Source of the DNA: a virus
Lineage: Duplodnaviria > Caudoviricetes
Virus record (IMG/VR): IMGVR_UViG_3300042383_000245
Location: 1,287-65,286 of that record
DNA: 64,000 bases
Strand: one strand, 5' to 3'
A program made the translations under genes and the position numbers. The stretch's first letter is position 1. Every line of letters begins with the position of its first letter. Below the pieces are notes generated by a model. That model worked only from the letters and a program-made list of their open reading frames with translations. It ran no database searches and was not told the origin of the DNA. This document shows positions 39,108 through 50,245 of the stretch, piece by piece.

Positions 39108-39590
39108 TTAACAATCCTCTACTTTGGTAGCACCATACAAAGAAATTAATTTTTCTTTGAGTTTACCATAAGCGTAAGCGAAGATGTCAACACCCTGCAA
39201 TGGAGACAAGTCAATAACATTACTCTTGCGAGTTCCTGTCATTTCTTTTTCTACTGGAACCATTTCCTTAACGGTCTCAGATACTTCTTCTCCTGCATCG
39301 TTGGTGTAGGTCTTTACAACCTCTTTTTCTTCTTGTACAGTTTGAGTGTAGGTGTAGGTCTCTTCTACTTCTTTCATCAAGGAAACGTTCAAAGATTCTC
39401 CGATTTCAATGTTTTGAGCCTGAGCTCCCATCATCATACTGTTCTCTTTTGCTGCTGCCTCGTTCATGTAAAGTTGAACACGGAAGTTTGCGCTACCAGA
39501 CTTACTGATCTGATAATCAGCGATGCGAATGTATGCTTCATTTGTGATGCCACGATTCGTGCCGATGGATTTTGTTACTTTTAATGCCAT
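39108..39590 (-). CDS. hypothetical protein (tail fibre associated)
   Basis: start moved to ATG 39590 behind TATATTTG; follows the tail fibre block. Confidence 0.55.
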   Translation of the reverse strand: MALKVTKSIGTNRGITNEAYIRIADYQISKSGSANFRVQLYMNEAAAKENSMMMGAQAQNIEIGESLNVSLMKEVEETYTYTQTVQEEKEVVKTYTNDAGEEVSETVKEMVPVEKEMTGTRKSNVIDLSPLQGVDIFAYAYGKLKEKLISLYGATKVEDC

Positions 39591-39620
39591 AATGCAAATA
39601 TACTCAATATTTAACAAAAA

Positions 39621-40190
39621 TCAATACACCCTAACATAGATGTTCTGACCGTTTCCTGTGTGGTCAATTATTCCAGATGATGCACTTGCACCGGGCGCTA
39701 CTTGATACGGAGAGCCACCGAAGTCTGTCCACGTACTTCCGTTGTATGAGTACTCTACGGTTACTGTAGGGAACGGAGGAGGACCGGGCGTTGCGATAAA
39801 GTTAACCTGTAGGGTTATCTGGTCCCAGTGTGGAACACCGCCACCACCCTGTGTTGTGTTTGGTGGTACTCCGTTGACCGTAAAAGGAGATACAGCAGGA
39901 TTTAGTCCTGGAGTACCTATACCCATCGATCTAATAACTTGAAAGTTGCAACTTATAAGGCTTGCTGGTACTGATGACTGAACTTGGAAAGAGTATCCCA
40001 CCTTCGCCTCTAGGTTGTAGAATCCGCTCATTTTGATGGTTGTTTGGTTCACGTAGTCATATGCATCAGCGTATCCATCAAACAGCCTGTAGTCGTTGAA
40101 CTGCGAGAACAGGGCAGGACTTGGAGTTGTGATGTCCAAGTCCGTTATCAAGTCCCCGATGAGTATTACCCCAGATGTTGGCGTGCTCAT
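39621..40190 (-). CDS. putative tail fibre-associated structural protein
   Basis: overlaps the stop of the tail fibre gene; Pro/Gly/Ser-rich beta protein. Confidence 0.5.
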   Translation of the reverse strand: MSTPTSGVILIGDLITDLDITTPSPALFSQFNDYRLFDGYADAYDYVNQTTIKMSGFYNLEAKVGYSFQVQSSVPASLISCNFQVIRSMGIGTPGLNPAVSPFTVNGVPPNTTQGGGGVPHWDQITLQVNFIATPGPPPFPTVTVEYSYNGSTWTDFGGSPYQVAPGASASSGIIDHTGNGQNIYVRVY

Positions 40191-43100
40191 TTCTCAAGCA
40201 TTTTAATTCTATTCTCCAATCTTTCGATTGTAGCCTGTTGTTCTTTCATTCCCTCAATTAATAAAGCTACCATGTTAGAGTACGCTACGTTCAGAGTACC
40301 GTCTGGGTTTGCAGAGACAACCTCTGGCAGTACCTTCTGTACTTCCTGTGCGATAACCCCGGCTCTTCTAGTACCTGTCTCATCGTCTGTACGCACGTAT
40401 GTGTAACCGTTCATCTCTTTTACCTTCTCGATGGCATTCTCAATCCTCTTAACTTCTTTCTTAACTGTGATGTCCGAGAAGGCTGCAATGTCATGAGACG
40501 CATAGATTGATATCCCCGATGTATTCCCCTCAACGTGTAGATTATAGGATGGGCCGGTAGTACCAATACCAACGTTGCCAGTTTTAGTGATTCGCATACG
40601 CTCAGTAAGCGCACCGCCATTTGGATGGGTTGAAAAAGAAAGATTAGACCCAGTATTCGTCCCAACGATACCAGCCCCTAAATCTGTTAATTCATCTTGA
40701 ACACTTGCTACAAAAGAATTTTGATACCCAGTGGAGTTTTGCCCTAGGAATACAATATATCTCACTCCACCATTATTGCCCGGACTCTTTACGTGAAGTA
40801 TTTCGCTTGGACTAGTAGTACCGATACCTACGTTGCCTGCACTATTTATTATTACCTTGTCGTTATTATTTACTCGGAATCTTATGTTATAACCAGTCTT
40901 TGAATTAATAAACGTTTCTCCATCATTTGCAGATAGAAAAGAATATTCACCAGCTACAGCTCTTGATGTATGGGAAAATTGTGCATTTGCTGATGTATAT
41001 GATGGAACTTCACCAATAAATGCGTTGTTTATTATTCCATCACCTCCACTAACTTGAAACTTAGCCCCAGGACTAGTAGTACCTATACCTACGTTTACAT
41101 TTGTAGAGGTATAAATGCGTTGATTTCCACCGTCTAAAAATAATTGCGTGTACGCACCGCTACCATTGCTATTTTGTATTCTAAGAATTCTTTCACCAGA
41201 TGAATTACCAACTTGTTCAATGTATTGACCGCTACCATCAGTTCCAGTCACTATATATCTTCCTGCTCCACCTTGAAATATTGCAATATTTCCAGTAGTG
41301 CCAGTTACTACGTGAAACTTAGATGACGGAGTCGTAGTTCCTACACCCAAGTTGTCGTAAACAATCAAACTATCCTCAATAGTTGTTAGCTGATTTACAA
41401 ATAATGTTTCGTTTATATATGCATTTCCAGATACGTGAAGTTTATAGTTAGGACTAGTAGTACCAATACCTACGTTACCAGATGATAAAATGCTTAAAAA
41501 CGTATTAGCTCCAGAATTCCAACTACCAGGTGAGGTGTTGTATTTAATATCAAACCTACCACCGTAAAAATCTAACCAGGGAGTGCCACTACCTACAGAT
41601 AAAGCAAGACCATTGTTGTTACTACCGGAGCTATTTAAAATTCTAATAGCATTATCATTACCTGTAGCAACATCTAGCTTATAAGCAGGACTAGTAGTAC
41701 CAATACCCACGTTGCCTGCATCTGTAATTGTAAAATGTTGTACCCAACCAGTTCCAGAAACCCATGTAAAAAATCTATGCCCATTTTGGTCAGCGTGATA
41801 ATCTATACCTCCTCCATAGCTATTGTCGATTCGCAACGTTCCACTGTTGCCTCCATCGTAGAAGTATAAACCTCTAGTATTTATATTTCCAACTACTTCT
41901 AATTTAGCATTAGGACTAGTAGTGCCAATACCTACGTTGCCAGTAGAGGTGATGTAAAGCCTATTGGTAAGATTTACCTCATCATAAATCTGGAATGCGC
42001 CACCATTAGATGCAACGCTATATCGGTCAACACCGCCAGTCCTAAACATAATTCCAGCATTAGTGTCTTCAACTAATATGCGAGAACCAACAACATGAAA
42101 TTTAGTTGCAGGACTAGTAGTGCCAATACCTACGTTGCCAGCAGAGGTGATGCGCATACGTTCGGTGTAAGAAGAAGCACCATTTGTACTGAACGAAAAT
42201 ACTATTGCTCTTGCACTATCTGTTGCTATGTTTCTAAGATTAGTATCTCCACTTACCGCATCTATAATAGCAGATTGATATTGATAACCTCCACTTGTAC
42301 CACGATAAATTCTCAAAGTATCGGCTGCATCATTTGTAGTATTATTTAATACCATATTCGTTGCCGTAACCGATGAACTAAACGTAGCTGCACCTGTTGA
42401 GGCTGCAATCTTCAATACATAAGTGTTTAAACTTCCTGCCATATATAGCCAAAAGTCATTGCTTACGTTATCTAATTGCCAACTTCTTGTTCCACTTAAA
42501 TAGCTTACTAAAGATGTATAGCTTGTTGTATTATCTGTTCTATATGCAGGGTTACTTCCGTTAACTCTCACCGTTCCACTCACATCAAGTTTATAAGTAT
42601 CATTAGTATTACCAATGGATACGTTACCTGAAGCGTTTAACGTCATTAAAGGAGTAAATGAAATAGAGTTTCCTGCTGTCCCACTTGGTGCAGAATACCA
42701 AATATGATTACCCGTTGATTGTTGATAGAATGATGCTTCGCCTGTGTTCTTATATATCCAAGTTCCACCGGCATCAATATAAGCGTTTCTTAATAATCTA
42801 AAAGGACCTGTTCCATTACCTGCAACATTACTATCTGCACCACCTATTTCTATTGCTCTCCAAGTAGAGAACCACGCACTTGGTGTTACTCCTAAACCTA
42901 AATTGCCTGAAGCGTTTAAAGTTGCTCTTAAATTTCCACCTGTATAAAAAGCCATTGTGTTAGCAACAGCACCACCACCAATTTGCCAATGAGTAGTTCC
43001 ACCATTTGTTTGTGATGAAATTCTATTATATATAGCACCTGCATCAGTTGCACCTACTAAATTTATTGCGGAAGCATAACCACCTCTTCTTTGTTCAACT

Positions 43101-46100
43101 CTAAAATATGTGTCATCAAAACCAACAGAAGAAACAGTTAATAAAGCCGAAGGAGCATCAGTACCAACTCCAACATTAGAACCATTATCAAACAACTGAC
43201 TATTACCTATTGTACTTGTACCTGTGAATTTAGGTAGGTAGTTGGTAGTACCTGAACCTGTGATTGCACCACTACCAATTGCTTGGGTAGACAATAATCC
43301 ATTTGCATCAGCAACAACCATTCTTGTTCCTGTACCTGCAAGGTTACTAAATGTAGCTGCGCCTGTTGAATTTGATAGCCTAAATACAGGACTTGTACCA
43401 TTATTGTTGTGGCTAATTGAGAAGTCTTGAATTGTATCACCCGATATACCAGATGTTAAAAACCATTTAGCTGCAGTTGAATATCCTTGTAAGCCTACAG
43501 ATGCATATCCATTTGTTGCATGGTATATATCTAACATAGCCCCCGGACTAGTAGTACCAATACCTACGTTGCCATTATTCAGTATTCGCATCACCTCTCT
43601 TTGAGTAACAATGTTGTCGGTTACTACAGATGATGTCGATACGTTAAAATACATTTCACCAGCACTACTCAATCCTACATTTCCAGAATACCCTGTTGTT
43701 CCTGCTTTCCAGCCACTGTTATAATACTGATTGAATCCGATAATTGGATCATCGTTTATTATATAAACTGGCCTTGCTGTACCAAATCGTGCTGTTGTAT
43801 TACTATACGGGGATGTTCTAACGTCCAATCCAGTTACTGGACTAGTAGTCCCTATACCTACGTTGCCGCCATTTGTCATTGTTAACCTACTAGTTAAGTT
43901 AGAGGCACTTCCTGCGGTTATTCCTGTCCCTGTACTAATATCTAATGCGCCATCATTAAAATTTAATACCGCTGATTTATAGGCACTGTATTTATTAACC
44001 CATCCTGATGCTCCGTAAACGGTATTAAATGTTATATAGGCATCATAATCGTTTCTAAACAATACTCCAAACCCACCAGAATTAAATGAATTGTATGAAG
44101 AGTTAGTTGTAGTATAAGAACCACTACCTAGCTGTAATATACTAGAAGGACTACTAGTACCTATACCTACGTTTCCTGCAGAGGTAATAACCATCCTTGA
44201 GTTTGCCAATGTAGCACTTGAATTGTCAGCATCGTTATTATTAAGAAAATGGATGCTTCCTTCTGCCGCACTACCAGTTCTTTGAAAAACAATGGCTGAT
44301 TTTCTGTAAAGTGAATTTGACTCTCGATACCCAAAATGAATACCAGTCCATTCCCCAATAGCTAAAGCATTAACACCGACAGATGCAAAATTGCTAGCCG
44401 ATGTAATTACCTCTAATGGCTTTTGTGGGTCAGTAGTACCAATCCCTACGTTACCAGCTGAGGTAATACGCATACGTTCTGTTGGAGACCCACTAGTGCT
44501 AAACGTTAAGAAACTATCTGAACGTACATCTGCACCATTTGAATATCTAAAGTAAAGAAATTTAGCTGCGGCAACATTTTCCGTGTTGATTACTATTCCA
44601 TCTCCCTCAACTTGTAATTTGGCAGATGGACTACTAGTACCTATACCTACGTTACCTGATCCTGTAATTGTAAGCCTGGTTATGTCATTAGTACGAAGGT
44701 TTAATAACCTATTACTAAATACAGTGATATTTTTATCTTCATCACCACTAAATGAAAACTCAGACCCAGATAATGTAATCCTACCTGCGACTGCAAGTTT
44801 TTCAGTAGGACTAGTAGTACCTATACCTACGTTACTAGATGCGTCAATACGGATTGCTTCATTACCTGCCGATATAATTCTAACATAGTTATTTGCTCCA
44901 ATCCCACCTATGTTTGTACGATTGATTCCTCCACCATCATAAGCAAAAAGTCCATAAACAGACGTGGCATCTGAATCTCTAAGGTATATAGCAGCACCAG
45001 TTGATGATTGAATATCTAAAGCCTTTCCGTATGACAATGTATCTGCTGGACTAGTAGTACCTATACCTACGTTGCCATTCCCTTTTAATACTAATTGATT
45101 TTCATTACCTAATCCAGCTCCCAACTTAAAAAGTATATCTGCGCTGCTATAGGTAGGAGAAGTATATATCGAACCTAAAGTGGATCCTGCTTGTGTGTAT
45201 TTCAATTCTATACCAAATGCAGTGCTTGATCCTCCAAACCTTGCTTCTCCTGTATAATTTCCTCCACCCCCAACTTGGTGCAGTGGACTTAGTGGACTAG
45301 TAGTACCAATACCTACGTTCCCGCCTGTTGGGTTAATAACAAATGCTTTTGTAGAAGGTGTAAAGTTAAATATTGAATATCCGCTTGTTTCATTGTATAC
45401 TTGGAAGATGTTGTTATAAGTACTCATTGATACTTTAACTGCTCCTGTACCTGTATAATCTGCAACAAAACCTGCCTGTGAAGCATTGGTATTTACAAAA
45501 CCTAAATTGGTTAATGAAGTTATATTACTACTTGCTGTTACGCTATATGAAAATGTAGCTGCTCCTGCAGAGGCTATTCGGAATGTCTCTGTTCCAAGTC
45601 CAGCGAACCCCCCACCAGTTATTACAAAATCAGCCCCATCGTTTATTCCGAATTGCCAAGAATATGTATTGTTTGCTGCTGAGTATATTGCACTTGCATT
45701 TACCGATGGGCGATATAGCAATACATTTTGCCCACGTACATCAAGTTTTGCATATGCACTAGTATCATTTATTACAACATTTCCAGAGTAGTCAATTAAG
45801 AAACGATATAGTTGATCAGTTCTGTCATAAACAAACCAATTACTAGAAGTGTTGGCTTGTATTTCCCAACGTTTTCCAGCGCCAGGCGTCATCTCTATAC
45901 CTGCAGAACTTGAACTAGAGCGTACTCTAAGCTGTGTATAAGAACTGTTCAGAATATCTAATCCTATACCTGCTGATTCTAAACTAGGAGATCCGGTTCC
46001 AATACCTACCGCCCCATCCCCACGAACATACATACGTGTAGATCCGTTAGAAACTAAACTCATTAAATAGGTCGCTGAAGTAGCATTGGTTCCAGCATCT

Positions 46101-47554
46101 ATGTATGCGCCATACCCCCCACCATGAGCAAAATATGCCGAGGCGCTAGCATTGGATGAAAATCTTCCAGCCCAGTCACCAGCTACTCCGCTTACATCTA
46201 ACTTAAATCCAGGACTAGTAGTACCAATACCTACGTTACCTGAGGCGTGTTTTATTGTAAATTCCTGTTGCCCAGCACCAGGATCCCCACTAACAGAGGG
46301 TAGTGTTCTTATATAAAAATCACCAGCAGTATAATTATTTGCACTCCCAACAAGCCACCCCTTAGAATTGAATGAATCCCACATTCTAATAGCAGGGGCA
46401 GTTGGCCAAGTTTGACCGCTTCCATTCAGCTCTAATCTACCATATGGGCTAGTAGTTCCAATGCCTACGTTCCCACTAGATGTAATTACAAGTCTTGGAG
46501 ATCCATTTGGAACAGAAATGCCAAAATCTGCTGTATTGTTAGCATTAACATCGGTTAAAATTGCTGCTATATTGGACCCCGTATAGTCGTGGAAACCTAT
46601 TGAATTCCTTTTATTACCAGTTAATGGAGTTTGAATATATTGAGACCAAGTACTAGCTCCATCTACAAGTATACTTAACTTACCAACAGGACTAGTAGTA
46701 CCAATACCTACGTTGCCGCTAGAGGTGATACGCATACGCTCGGTGGCAAGATTACTACCAGCATAGAACACCATTGATGCAGCAGTAGAACTCTCTTGTA
46801 ATGCAAACAATCCCGCAGCTGCGTTATACGAAGAGTTTGTATAAAGGCCAATACCAGCAAGGTCTCCATTTGCATTATTACTGTTTACAATTATATGACC
46901 AGCATATCCATCACTATCTAATGGATTAGATATAAATGCACGAGAATATAACTGTCTAAATTGTCCATTAACCTGAAGTTTTGAAATTGGAGCAGTAGTA
47001 CCGATACCTACGTTACCACTGCCATTAAAATAAAGTCTTGCTGTACCTGCATTAATTGGATCACCACCACCAGAATTACTTTGATAAATACCAAAATCAT
47101 TTGCTGCTAAGTTTGTTGTTGCAAATCCCCAACTGGTAGTACCGCTTGTTGACCTCATTTTAAATGTTGCTACATCTGGCGTTGTAATTGTTATGCCATT
47201 ATATGTAGATGCTACAACTTGAAGTTTGTCAGTTGGACTTGTAGTACCGATACCTATATTGCCATTGTCTTGCATTACCATGTGCCAAGATGTACCAGCA
47301 TTATTGCCTAAATACATCTGACCATTGTAGTAATCCATTTGAAATCCATCTCCACCACCTTCAGCAGAAAATAGAAAATCTCCTGAGTTTATTGTTATGC
47401 CTCCGCTAGTATATGTAGGAGAATATATAGTTCCTTCTACATGAAGTTTGTAACTTGGACTAGCCGTTCCAATCCCTACTGTACCCAATACATAGGCATT
47501 CTGTTCCACGCCAAGGTTTGTCTTGGCGAGTATGTCTGTTATGAATTTTCTCAT
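40187..47554 (-). CDS. long repeat tail fibre with C-terminal peptidase S74 intramolecular chaperone
   Basis: more than 20 GNVGIGTTSP-type repeats; C-terminal AFSDITVKKEV...GVIAQEVQKVLPEVV...VAYSNMVALLIEGMKE. Confidence 0.85.
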   Translation of the reverse strand: MRKFITDILAKTNLGVEQNAYVLGTVGIGTASPSYKLHVEGTIYSPTYTSGGITINSGDFLFSAEGGGDGFQMDYYNGQMYLGNNAGTSWHMVMQDNGNIGIGTTSPTDKLQVVASTYNGITITTPDVATFKMRSTSGTTSWGFATTNLAANDFGIYQSNSGGGDPINAGTARLYFNGSGNVGIGTTAPISKLQVNGQFRQLYSRAFISNPLDSDGYAGHIIVNSNNANGDLAGIGLYTNSSYNAAAGLFALQESSTAASMVFYAGSNLATERMRITSSGNVGIGTTSPVGKLSILVDGASTWSQYIQTPLTGNKRNSIGFHDYTGSNIAAILTDVNANNTADFGISVPNGSPRLVITSSGNVGIGTTSPYGRLELNGSGQTWPTAPAIRMWDSFNSKGWLVGSANNYTAGDFYIRTLPSVSGDPGAGQQEFTIKHASGNVGIGTTSPGFKLDVSGVAGDWAGRFSSNASASAYFAHGGGYGAYIDAGTNATSATYLMSLVSNGSTRMYVRGDGAVGIGTGSPSLESAGIGLDILNSSYTQLRVRSSSSSAGIEMTPGAGKRWEIQANTSSNWFVYDRTDQLYRFLIDYSGNVVINDTSAYAKLDVRGQNVLLYRPSVNASAIYSAANNTYSWQFGINDGADFVITGGGFAGLGTETFRIASAGAATFSYSVTASSNITSLTNLGFVNTNASQAGFVADYTGTGAVKVSMSTYNNIFQVYNETSGYSIFNFTPSTKAFVINPTGGNVGIGTTSPLSPLHQVGGGGNYTGEARFGGSSTAFGIELKYTQAGSTLGSIYTSPTYSSADILFKLGAGLGNENQLVLKGNGNVGIGTTSPADTLSYGKALDIQSSTGAAIYLRDSDATSVYGLFAYDGGGINRTNIGGIGANNYVRIISAGNEAIRIDASSNVGIGTTSPTEKLAVAGRITLSGSEFSFSGDEDKNITVFSNRLLNLRTNDITRLTITGSGNVGIGTSSPSAKLQVEGDGIVINTENVAAAKFLYFRYSNGADVRSDSFLTFSTSGSPTERMRITSAGNVGIGTTDPQKPLEVITSASNFASVGVNALAIGEWTGIHFGYRESNSLYRKSAIVFQRTGSAAEGSIHFLNNNDADNSSATLANSRMVITSAGNVGIGTSSPSSILQLGSGSYTTTNSSYNSFNSGGFGVLFRNDYDAYITFNTVYGASGWVNKYSAYKSAVLNFNDGALDISTGTGITAGSASNLTSRLTMTNGGNVGIGTTSPVTGLDVRTSPYSNTTARFGTARPVYIINDDPIIGFNQYYNSGWKAGTTGYSGNVGLSSAGEMYFNVSTSSVVTDNIVTQREVMRILNNGNVGIGTTSPGAMLDIYHATNGYASVGLQGYSTAAKWFLTSGISGDTIQDFSISHNNNGTSPVFRLSNSTGAATFSNLAGTGTRMVVADANGLLSTQAIGSGAITGSGTTNYLPKFTGTSTIGNSQLFDNGSNVGVGTDAPSALLTVSSVGFDDTYFRVEQRRGGYASAINLVGATDAGAIYNRISSQTNGGTTHWQIGGGAVANTMAFYTGGNLRATLNASGNLGLGVTPSAWFSTWRAIEIGGADSNVAGNGTGPFRLLRNAYIDAGGTWIYKNTGEASFYQQSTGNHIWYSAPSGTAGNSISFTPLMTLNASGNVSIGNTNDTYKLDVSGTVRVNGSNPAYRTDNTTSYTSLVSYLSGTRSWQLDNVSNDFWLYMAGSLNTYVLKIAASTGAATFSSSVTATNMVLNNTTNDAADTLRIYRGTSGGYQYQSAIIDAVSGDTNLRNIATDSARAIVFSFSTNGASSYTERMRITSAGNVGIGTTSPATKFHVVGSRILVEDTNAGIMFRTGGVDRYSVASNGGAFQIYDEVNLTNRLYITSTGNVGIGTTSPNAKLEVVGNINTRGLYFYDGGNSGTLRIDNSYGGGIDYHADQNGHRFFTWVSGTGWVQHFTITDAGNVGIGTTSPAYKLDVATGNDNAIRILNSSGSNNNGLALSVGSGTPWLDFYGGRFDIKYNTSPGSWNSGANTFLSILSSGNVGIGTTSPNYKLHVSGNAYINETLFVNQLTTIEDSLIVYDNLGVGTTTPSSKFHVVTGTTGNIAIFQGGAGRYIVTGTDGSGQYIEQVGNSSGERILRIQNSNGSGAYTQLFLDGGNQRIYTSTNVNVGIGTTSPGAKFQVSGGDGIINNAFIGEVPSYTSANAQFSHTSRAVAGEYSFLSANDGETFINSKTGYNIRFRVNNNDKVIINSAGNVGIGTTSPSEILHVKSPGNNGGVRYIVFLGQNSTGYQNSFVASVQDELTDLGAGIVGTNTGSNLSFSTHPNGGALTERMRITKTGNVGIGTTGPSYNLHVEGNTSGISIYASHDIAAFSDITVKKEVKRIENAIEKVKEMNGYTYVRTDDETGTRRAGVIAQEVQKVLPEVVSANPDGTLNVAYSNMVALLIEGMKEQQATIERLENRIKMLEK

Positions 47555-47563
47555 TGAATTATA

Positions 47564-48997
47564 TTATGCGATTTTGATTACAAGTACTCTTAGTGTGTTA
47601 ATTGGTTGTGGAAGTGAGAACCCTAGTGTTACTACGTTTGTAGTAGTGCGAATCATGTCGCACTCGATGTTGTCTCCAGTCGATATCTCGTATACCTGCA
47701 CCATCACGTCTAGCGTGCCAAGGTTGTGAGTAACGATCATGCTATTAGCTAAAGATGCAGGACCTGTTGTTGCGTAACGAAGTCCAGCAAGGCCAGATGG
47801 AGTAACAACTACCGTAGAGCTAGAAAGGGCGTTCACCTCGGCTGTTGTAGCCAACTCAACTACTCCGACTGCACTTGTAGTGGCATTTGTGCCTGCGATT
47901 CCAATACTGGTTGTTCCAGAGCCCGTAACAGCGACACCGTTAGAGCCAGTGATTGTGATTCCGGTGATGATGTCGGCGGCTAGGTCAGCAGATGTTAAGT
48001 ATTTAACAATTCCACTATCACCAACCAAGTACTTGTTGCCAGAGTACCCCGCTCCAGCATCGGCGATTGATCCGATGTGGAAAGGCTGATCCACAGTTGA
48101 CCAGTAGTCTCCGCTCTCGATCCACAAGAAAGAAACGTTAGGACTAGTTCCACGCTCGATCTCAATACCTGCGTTCAGCGATGGAGCTCCAGTCTCGTTC
48201 TTGTTTAATATAATGATGTTGTCACCAATCTCTAGCGTGGTAGAGTTGATGTATGTAACAGTTCCATTTACAGTCAAGTTACCACCGATGGTTACGGTTG
48301 TTCCGTCGTCCGTAATTGTGCTATTTACAAGCTGAGACCCGTTCCATTTGGTCAAAGTGTTTGCAGACAAAGAGCCTGCTCCAGCAAGTGCTACGTCGTC
48401 AGCGTTAACCGTGATACCTGTACCCGCTCCAACAGTAAACGTGCGAGACGCTGTGATGTCTCCTCCGCCTGTCAAACCTGCCCCTGCTGTAAGTACTACC
48501 GCAGAGTGGTCTGTGTTACGAGTAGACGTGGTGTCCAAGGCTACATCGTCAGCGTTGACTGTAATACCTGTACCAGCTCCGATGTTAAGCGTTGCAGACG
48601 ATCCAAGCGAAATTGACCCGCCTCCGGTAAGACCCGACCCAGCAGTAACTGTCAGTGCTGAGTTGACCAACATCGCGTTGGTAACACCACTAGCCTTGAT
48701 ATATAGTTGGTTAAATCCGTTCACACCAATAGACGAGTCATCATATACCGTGTTGATGGTCAAGTCCCTGGTTCCAGTGATCGAGATACCGGATCCAGCC
48801 GTAACCGACCTAAGGTCACCACCAACGTCGATCCATGCAGTTCCGTCCCAGAAGTAGATAGACTTATCGCCAACACTGCTGTCGTAGTAAATTTGGCCCT
48901 CTACTGGAGAAGAAGGTGCCGTCGCTAAGTTCTGTATCCTAGCGTTTAAAAGTTCGTTCTGGTTTAAGTCTAAGGAGACTAAAAATTTTCTTGCCAT
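47564..48997 (-). CDS. tail fibre / spike protein
   Basis: AGSGLTGGG and GAGTGITVNADD repeats, GVVELAT motif, THNLGTLDVMVQVY C-terminus. Confidence 0.7.
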   Translation of the reverse strand: MARKFLVSLDLNQNELLNARIQNLATAPSSPVEGQIYYDSSVGDKSIYFWDGTAWIDVGGDLRSVTAGSGISITGTRDLTINTVYDDSSIGVNGFNQLYIKASGVTNAMLVNSALTVTAGSGLTGGGSISLGSSATLNIGAGTGITVNADDVALDTTSTRNTDHSAVVLTAGAGLTGGGDITASRTFTVGAGTGITVNADDVALAGAGSLSANTLTKWNGSQLVNSTITDDGTTVTIGGNLTVNGTVTYINSTTLEIGDNIIILNKNETGAPSLNAGIEIERGTSPNVSFLWIESGDYWSTVDQPFHIGSIADAGAGYSGNKYLVGDSGIVKYLTSADLAADIITGITITGSNGVAVTGSGTTSIGIAGTNATTSAVGVVELATTAEVNALSSSTVVVTPSGLAGLRYATTGPASLANSMIVTHNLGTLDVMVQVYEISTGDNIECDMIRTTTNVVTLGFSLPQPINTLRVLVIKIA

Positions 48998-48998
48998 G

Positions 48999-49871
48999 TT
49001 AGTTTAGATAAGCTTTTCCTGAAAAAGATGATGAAAATGTTATAGTTATGTTGTTTTGGTCGACGAAATGAACGTCTCCCTCTACTTCGTTGTTTGCTGA
49101 GTCTACTACGCTTACAGACGGGAATTTGTTAAGCGTGTGTGTTATGTTCCATGTATTAGACGGAGATCCTTGCGTGAATATAAAGGTCTCTGGAGTCTGT
49201 GCTTGGTTGACCCACAGCCCTGTTCCAGAGTCATACGCTAGGACCTGGTTGTCCTGCGGAGAGTTGATGCTTACATCATGCAGCTCGTAAAGCTCATACC
49301 CGTTCTGTATGTTCACCTCGATCACGCCCTGAGTTGGATGCGACCTTACCACAACCCCAACGTACACCAAGTGATTTGGTGCAAGCTGCTTTGCTGTGGT
49401 GTATGTACCGGCAACTGTAGCGCTCAAGTACAGCTGCGTGCCCTCCGGTATAGACTGTGTGTCAAGACCTGACAGCTTCCCAATTACAACGACAAATCCG
49501 TTGCTATTGTTTGAGATACTGTCTCTAACAAACCCAAACGTCTGTGCAGAAGTTGCATCTCCAGTAGCAATGGCCTTTGTGACTCTAGGAAGGTTTCCAT
49601 GTGCCCCGTTGATATAAACGATTGTCCCACGCGTAAGCGTGGCGCCGGTCTGATTGTAAACTTCGGTAATAAGGGTCGTAGAACTAGACGCAGGAACCGG
49701 TCCGATCAGTGATATTGTAACGTCACCCTCTCCAGATGCTGGACTGATGGTAATGTTTTCGCCCGCAATGATCTTAGACACGTACTTTGCGTTGACACGC
49801 TTCAGTATGTAGTCTATTGATTTCCTTACATCAACTAAGTATTCGGAGTATTTGGTTGGCGGCCTAAACAT
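48999..49871 (-). CDS. virion structural protein (fibre/decoration)
   Basis: VYNQTGATLTRGTIVYI, LYLS...G..T, WNITHTLNKFPSVSVVD motifs. Confidence 0.6.
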   Translation of the reverse strand: MFRPPTKYSEYLVDVRKSIDYILKRVNAKYVSKIIAGENITISPASGEGDVTISLIGPVPASSSTTLITEVYNQTGATLTRGTIVYINGAHGNLPRVTKAIATGDATSAQTFGFVRDSISNNSNGFVVVIGKLSGLDTQSIPEGTQLYLSATVAGTYTTAKQLAPNHLVYVGVVVRSHPTQGVIEVNIQNGYELYELHDVSINSPQDNQVLAYDSGTGLWVNQAQTPETFIFTQGSPSNTWNITHTLNKFPSVSVVDSANNEVEGDVHFVDQNNITITFSSSFSGKAYLN

Positions 49872-49902
49872 TTATACAAAGATAACCAACTATTGCGTTA
49901 GT

Positions 49903-50166
49903 TTACTTCTTTGTTGACTTTCCGTTGCTACCCTGTCTCGCTCTGTTCTTCGACTTGTGCTCTAGAACCATCTTGCCGTCCTTGGTGTGGCTGAGGTCCA
50001 TAGACTTACGCTTTCCGTAGATGCCTCGCTCACGAGCTTCGGCGTTCAGCTCAGCGCGATACTTGTTGCGTGATGGGGTAGACTGATACGACTTCTCCTT
50101 GGAGTAGTCTCTTCCGGTAGCCTTGTTGCTACCCGGTCTAGTGTTTTTTCCTGTAATCTTTGCCAT
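49903..50166 (-). CDS. small basic protein with degenerate HNH-like motif
   Basis: DLSHTKDG...KNRAR. Confidence 0.5.
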   Translation of the reverse strand: MAKITGKNTRPGSNKATGRDYSKEKSYQSTPSRNKYRAELNAEARERGIYGKRKSMDLSHTKDGKMVLEHKSKNRARQGSNGKSTKK

Positions 50167-50245
50167 CTAAGTACTCTCCTATAATATACGAAATGCCTAT
50201 TGTAAAGGTAACGAACAACGTCCCAAACAAGAAGCCCTCCATCAT
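50138..50245 (-). CDS. small membrane peptide (35 aa, not in track)
   Basis: MMEGFLFGTLFVTFTIGISYIIGEYLDGKDYRKKH; fills the gap and overlaps both neighbours. Confidence 0.4.
   Translation of the reverse strand: MMEGFLFGTLFVTFTIGISYIIGEYLDGKDYRKKH

Noticed and set aside
40187-47554. Diversity-generating retroelement or invertase shufflon acting on the tail fibre
   Set aside because: No reverse transcriptase, recombinase, adenine-specific template/variable repeat pair or inverted cassettes are visible in the window.
9069-49617. Numerous + strand ORFs antisense to structural genes
   Set aside because: They are shadow ORFs caused by codon bias of the minus-strand genes and lack promoter boxes or recognisable motifs.
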